A stretch of 51,831 nt of DNA, taken from the NCBI GenBank assembly GCA_964618685.1, contig CAZUBL010000001.1:6705-58535 (forward strand). Direction: 5' to 3'. The notes below the pieces were generated by a model, which was not told the DNA's origin, made no database searches, and worked only from the letters and a program-made list of their open reading frames with translations. A program made the translations under genes and the position numbers. Source of the DNA: an uncultured Gammaproteobacteria bacterium (lineage in GTDB: Bacteria > Patescibacteriota > Microgenomatia > UBA1406 > GWC2-37-13). Positions 47,625 through 51,831 of this stretch are shown one piece after another (positions within the stretch are counted from its first letter, which is position 1; every line of letters begins with the position of its first letter).

Positions 47625-49874
47625 TTATTGTTTCATCAACTCAATTAAAAATATTTTATCGGTTGATAAATTGGTATTATAGATGATTTCACGACCTTTG
47701 ACAACTGGAGAAAAGTTCTGGTTGAGTACGTAAATGTTATTGCCGGTCGTAAACTCCAGGACAAAGTCCGAATTTGGGGCGCCGATTTGTTTTTGGACAA
47801 CAAACTGGTAAATCTGACGTTCGTTTACAACTTTTTGGTTTAACGAGTAGCTTATCTTAATTTCGGCCGTTTCTGTAGGCTCTATTTCGAAAAAGAATCC
47901 GACGGTTTTGTATTTATCGTCTTTTTGATCCACCTCATCGACCTTTACTCCGTTTTTGGTAACTTCCTTAACGGTTGCGTCACGCGGCAGAAGCACTTGA
48001 AAATAATTCCGGAAAAGACCGGTCGGAAAAACAAGGGCGGGGGAGTTGTTTTTGTACTGGATTGATAGCAAGTGACTGATCTGGCCCTCGTTATCGATGT
48101 TGGTTTTTAGATATAAGCTCCGGTTGACAAAATAGTTTGCCTTATTGGACCCGACGTTAGCATCATATGGGAAAAGGTAATCGATTATACAGTCCTGGGA
48201 AAGAGTGCACTTCGGCTCAATCACCCGTCCCGACCAGAAGGAAGAGTCGAAAAGCGCCTGAATAGACGGATCTTTTAAATAAATCGTCAACTGCTTTTCG
48301 TCAAGGGACCGCTTTATCTCTCGGGCTAGCGCTTTTGGGGAAACTCTGTCGAGATTGATGAGTAATTGGTTCATAAGGCCTGAAAGGAAGTTTCTTTTCT
48401 GGGTTGAGCCGGGAAAAAAATCTTTTTCAACGTGCAGTTGGGTTTTTAGGTAGAAGTTTTTGGAATTTATATTTTCGTCGTAATCGGGGACGTAAAGATC
48501 TCCAAAAGCCGCCAGGACATTCTCAATAGCCGATGTCGTAATGAGAATGGCTCCTTCAAAGTCTTTAAAATCCATTTCATTTTCAAGAAAAAAAAGTGCT
48601 TCTTGGTGATTTTCAAGGAAGTCAGGAGAAAAGTTTGAATCCCTTAAAAACCAATGGGGGACACCGAGATATTTGGATAAAGGCATGGGTGGGTCAATGT
48701 GAATAGTCAATTGTCCGTCGGCATCGTATACGTCGTATACCTCGACTTTCTGGATTTCATAATTGCCGACCTTGAGAATCCCAAACGAGCCGATGAATCC
48801 GCCACCTGGTCTTAATTCTCGGTTGTTGGCAAAATATATCAGGTATTTTTTTTCCGTTGGGGAAAATAGCTGGGTTTCCAAATAGCTTATCACCTTCTCC
48901 GATTTGCCGATAAGATCGGTGGCTTCGATCATTCCGGTTTTTGCCTTATTGATTAGCGGAATTCCGGAGGGGACTTTTTGATTCAAAACAGAGAGGTTGT
49001 CGTTGATTATTGCCAGGCTGTTTTTTATTTTTTTAAGTCTCAAAATTAAGTCGGCCTTTTCTTCTGGCGATTTGTTTTTTGCAAATATCATCGTTTGCAC
49101 CTCGTGAGCGCCCCCGATAAGGGAAGAGGCTTCCTTTATAACAGTCAATCCTTTGGTCCCAACGTCAAAAATGTTGTCTGGAAATGAGGCGACTCCAAAA
49201 AGTAGCCAGGTCGGTCGGGCATAACCGTAAAGAGTTTTTGAAATGTTCAGATAGGAACTCCCAAGATCAACGTGTTTATTCGCTTTTTCGAACGACTCTT
49301 TTCTAAGCCCTTCGAAGGACAAGGCCGCGTGGAATATCGAAAGACCTAGTGGCGGAATGAATGACAGATGATAAAAAAGCACAAATACAAGAAACAGAAT
49401 CACCATGGTTTTGGTTGTCAGGTATTTGCTCAAGTTCATTTTTATCCCGGTCCTCGGGGATTGGGGTTTGATGAAGTGACGGGTGTTTATGAAAAGATGA
49501 TCCTCGGTGGTTTTTGAGAAGGAAAACCACAGCACCTTATCAAGATCTTGATCGGTTAGCGTTTCCGATGCGACCGACACCGTTTTTACGTACTGGGACT
49601 TACCTTTAACCCATTTAATATCCTTCTTTTGATTCAACATGATGTAGATGATTTTCTTTTGCGGGTATTTCTTTATGTGTTCGGGTGAAAACGGCTCATT
49701 TATGAAGAAGCAATAATCAAAGCGGTCAAGCAATTCAATGCGACGGGAAGAGAAGAAATACTCGACAGAAGATTCCATAAGCCTTGTCTTAAGATCGTCG
49801 ATAAAGTCATAGTTTTTTTTCGAGACGATTAAGGCTTTCTGTTTCTCATCGACTATTTCGGTCGTAAAGGACAT
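47625..49874 (-). CDS. DUF4012 domain-containing membrane protein
   Basis: NNRELRPGGGFIGSFG, DVYDADGQL, RDSNFSPDF, NVGSNKAN. Confidence 0.85.
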   Translation of the reverse strand: MSFTTEIVDEKQKALIVSKKNYDFIDDLKTRLMESSVEYFFSSRRIELLDRFDYCFFINEPFSPEHIKKYPQKKIIYIMLNQKKDIKWVKGKSQYVKTVSVASETLTDQDLDKVLWFSFSKTTEDHLFINTRHFIKPQSPRTGIKMNLSKYLTTKTMVILFLVFVLFYHLSFIPPLGLSIFHAALSFEGLRKESFEKANKHVDLGSSYLNISKTLYGYARPTWLLFGVASFPDNIFDVGTKGLTVIKEASSLIGGAHEVQTMIFAKNKSPEEKADLILRLKKIKNSLAIINDNLSVLNQKVPSGIPLINKAKTGMIEATDLIGKSEKVISYLETQLFSPTEKKYLIYFANNRELRPGGGFIGSFGILKVGNYEIQKVEVYDVYDADGQLTIHIDPPMPLSKYLGVPHWFLRDSNFSPDFLENHQEALFFLENEMDFKDFEGAILITTSAIENVLAAFGDLYVPDYDENINSKNFYLKTQLHVEKDFFPGSTQKRNFLSGLMNQLLINLDRVSPKALAREIKRSLDEKQLTIYLKDPSIQALFDSSFWSGRVIEPKCTLSQDCIIDYLFPYDANVGSNKANYFVNRSLYLKTNIDNEGQISHLLSIQYKNNSPALVFPTGLFRNYFQVLLPRDATVKEVTKNGVKVDEVDQKDDKYKTVGFFFEIEPTETAEIKISYSLNQKVVNERQIYQFVVQKQIGAPNSDFVLEFTTGNNIYVLNQNFSPVVKGREIIYNTNLSTDKIFLIELMKQ

Positions 49875-49897
49875 AATACATATTGTATAATTTTAGG

Positions 49898-50371
49898 GTG
49901 ACAAAAGAGGCTTTAATTATTCCCTATCACAATCTCAAACAATCGACAAAATTATTTGAAGGTAAAAATACCATTCTTGTAGGAGGATGTTTTGACCTGC
50001 TACATTACGGTCACGTTCAGTTCCTTAAGTCGGCAGCTATTACAGGCGACTTCATGATAGTCGCTTTGGAAAGTGACGAATTTATAAAAAGAAATAAAAG
50101 AAAGGCTCCGATCCATAACCAGAAGGAGAGGGCTGAAATACTTGCCACTCTGAAAATGGTCGACGTAGTAGTTTTATTGCCTTTCTTTGAAAACGAAAAG
50201 GAATACTATAACCTAGTCAGGTCAATCAGACCGAGAACGATCGCCGTAACCGAAGGCGACCGATTTTTGGAAGAAAAGCGAGCCCAGGCAGAAACGGTCG
50301 GTGCCGAAGTCAGGGTAGTTACCCGATTACTAAAAGAATTTTCAACAAGAAAAATTATTTCGGAATTTTAA
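49898..50371 (+). CDS. Cytidylyltransferase-like (HxGH) nucleotidyltransferase
   Basis: GGCFDLLHYGH, ER.EIL..L..VD.V, STRKI; start moved to GTG 6 nt after TATAAT. Confidence 0.88.
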   Translation: MTKEALIIPYHNLKQSTKLFEGKNTILVGGCFDLLHYGHVQFLKSAAITGDFMIVALESDEFIKRNKRKAPIHNQKERAEILATLKMVDVVVLLPFFENEKEYYNLVRSIRPRTIAVTEGDRFLEEKRAQAETVGAEVRVVTRLLKEFSTRKIISEF

Positions 50372-50376
50372 CTCAT

Positions 50377-50916
50377 ATGAGATTATTTTTAGCAATAGAA
50401 TTGCCGGAGAAAATAAAACAGCAACTTGATGTCCAACTTGTGGATGTCAGAAAAAAATATCCTGAATTCAATTGGGTTACGACCGATAATTTCCACATAA
50501 CGGTTTATTTTTTTGGAGAAACGGTCAATATCGATCCGATCAAAAAAAAGATAAAAGACCTGCTTTTTGACAGAGAGGGTTTCTATCTCTATTCGACAAG
50601 CATTGATGTTTTCGTCCACCAGAAACTCCTGATGTATCTTAATTTTAGACGTGAAAAGAAACTTGAGACTTTGGCGAATCTGATAAAAGACAACTTCAGC
50701 GGACCGTACTCCGAACAAAAATACATACCGCATCTGACAATCGGTCGTGGGCGAAAATCTTCGAAACAACAATATTTTGCGTTGAAGAAAAAGATGGAGA
50801 AAGTTGATGTAGATATTTCGTTTAATGTAACCAAGTTGGTTTTGTTTGAGAGTATTCTTACAGGGAAGAAGCCGTATTACAAGAAGCTTTCCACCTTCAC
50901 ACTTCTAAAAAACTAA
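50377..50916 (+). CDS. thpR: RNA 2',3'-cyclic phosphodiesterase
   Basis: MRLFLAIELP, HIT and PHLTIGR 2H motifs. Confidence 0.9.
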   Translation: MRLFLAIELPEKIKQQLDVQLVDVRKKYPEFNWVTTDNFHITVYFFGETVNIDPIKKKIKDLLFDREGFYLYSTSIDVFVHQKLLMYLNFRREKKLETLANLIKDNFSGPYSEQKYIPHLTIGRGRKSSKQQYFALKKKMEKVDVDISFNVTKLVLFESILTGKKPYYKKLSTFTLLKN

Positions 50917-50949
50917 AAACCACCCCTTTTCGTGCTGAGTGGTTTTTAG
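50913..50949. terminator. Bidirectional intrinsic terminator
   Basis: CTAAAAACCAC...GTGGTTTTTAG 11-bp inverted repeat between convergent genes. Confidence 0.7.
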
Positions 50950-50975
50950 GTTAAATATTTTATTTAAAGAAAATA

Positions 50976-51119
50976 TTATGCCGCACCGATTTTGTACATT
51001 CCTGTTCCACAGTCTGGGCATTTTGCTTTCATGGCCGGCTTTCCATTTTTCATGGTGACTTTTTCAGGATTGTCAACTTCCTTTTTTGCGCGACATTTTA
51101 CACAGTACATTGATACCAT
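50976..51119 (-). CDS. 47-aa zinc-ribbon protein, DUF5679-like (not in ORF track)
   Basis: MVSMYCVKCRAKKEVDNPEKVTMKNGKPAMKAKCPDCGTGMYKIGAA; two CxxC; SD AAGGAGGTGA upstream. Confidence 0.88.
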   Translation of the reverse strand: MVSMYCVKCRAKKEVDNPEKVTMKNGKPAMKAKCPDCGTGMYKIGAA

Positions 51120-51142
51120 ATATTTATATCACCTCCTTTCAT

Positions 51143-51400
51143 TTACTTAATTATCCTAGCAAAATATAGAGCGATTTCAAGCGCAATCACGACTCCCACT
51201 AAAATAAGACTTTTTTTTAGATCTGAAAAGAAGAAGGAGCTTTCTGAGATTTTTTCGTTTTCCTTCGGGGTTTCTTTAGTCGGGGCCGTGAATTTTGGGT
51301 TGGTTTGAATGGGGACATCTACAGGAGAAGCACTAGTCGTAAGCTTTATCTTTTTTCGATACGCGGCGATTATTTTTTGCCTTTTGGTTTTCTTTGGCAT
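51143..51400 (-). CDS. Hypothetical protein with basic N-terminus and C-terminal TM
   Basis: MPKKTKRQK...DLKKSLIL; TTGACT-N17-TATAGT-N8-ATG. Confidence 0.7.
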   Translation of the reverse strand: MPKKTKRQKIIAAYRKKIKLTTSASPVDVPIQTNPKFTAPTKETPKENEKISESSFFFSDLKKSLILVGVVIALEIALYFARIIK

Positions 51401-51408
51401 ACGCAATT

Positions 51409-51467
51409 ACTATAGATTGTAGATTCATAAAAGTCAAATTGACACGGCCTCGCCTAAAGGCTATCAT
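51409..51467. promoter_or_regulatory. Back-to-back divergent sigma70 promoters
   Basis: Plus strand TTGACA(51439)-N17-TATCAT-N6-ATG; minus strand TTGACT(51437)-N17-TATAGT. Confidence 0.75.
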
Positions 51468-51473
51468 TATTTA

Positions 51474-51831
51474 ATGTTGACATACATACTGATTGGAGCT
51501 TGTTTCATTTGGCTTCTAGTACTTACTTTTATTTTCGTCAAGCTCAGGAATCATTACTACAATCTCATTTCAACAACGAAAAAGGAGAGGCTGGATGATA
51601 TACTCGACTCGCTAATTAGCGGTGAAAGGATTCTAAAGGCCGAAGTTGATGAACTGAAAAAAAGGTTGGATATTGAGGTCAAAAAATCCAATCTCCACCT
51701 TCAAAAGATAGGTCTTGTCAGGTTTAATCCTTTCGGCACCGTTGGAGGTGAACAGAGCTTTGTTGCGGCTTTTGTCGACCAAGAAAACAGCGGAATCGTT
51801 CTCAATTTTATTTACACAAAAGAAGGTTTAA
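51474..51831 (+). CDS. DUF4446 family protein, 3' truncated by window edge
   Basis: N-terminal TM, LQKIGLVRFNPF...GGEQSF..A..D...SGIV. Confidence 0.82.
   Translation, partial: MLTYILIGACFIWLLVLTFIFVKLRNHYYNLISTTKKERLDDILDSLISGERILKAEVDELKKRLDIEVKKSNLHLQKIGLVRFNPFGTVGGEQSFVAAFVDQENSGIVLNFIYTKEGL

Overview
Chromosomal window from a genome-reduced bacterium, most likely CPR/Patescibacteria (Microgenomates-like). This is inferred from the N-terminally truncated IF-2, the DUF4012 and DUF4446 genes, the secG-SBP linkage, the GAD-less AspRS and the C1:G72 tRNA-Tyr. It holds about 50 CDS and 3 tRNAs (Ser, Tyr, Leu). Housekeeping genes include groES/EL, uvrB/A/C, secG, aspS, recJ, rmuC, infB, nusA and rplY. 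An accessory stretch (5-24 kb) carries NUDIX, IMPase, an AT-rich MarR/MacAB-type islet at tRNA-Tyr, otsAB, thioredoxin/DipZ and LDH. No CRISPR array, transposase or integrase was seen. Most notable: (1) a divergent RelA/SpoT-like nucleotidyltransferase behind an apparent leader-peptide attenuator; (2) a trehalose-6-P synthase fused to a TM-Cache-TM-HAMP-like sensor; (3) a protease-less Lon AAA+ gene divergent from a GroES with a 5-Cys roof loop; (4) AspRS fused to a YeaK/ProXp-like editing domain; (5) pervasive leaderless gene starts, which expose an unannotated 25-aa CxxC small protein. All calls come from reading motifs by eye; no database searches were run.
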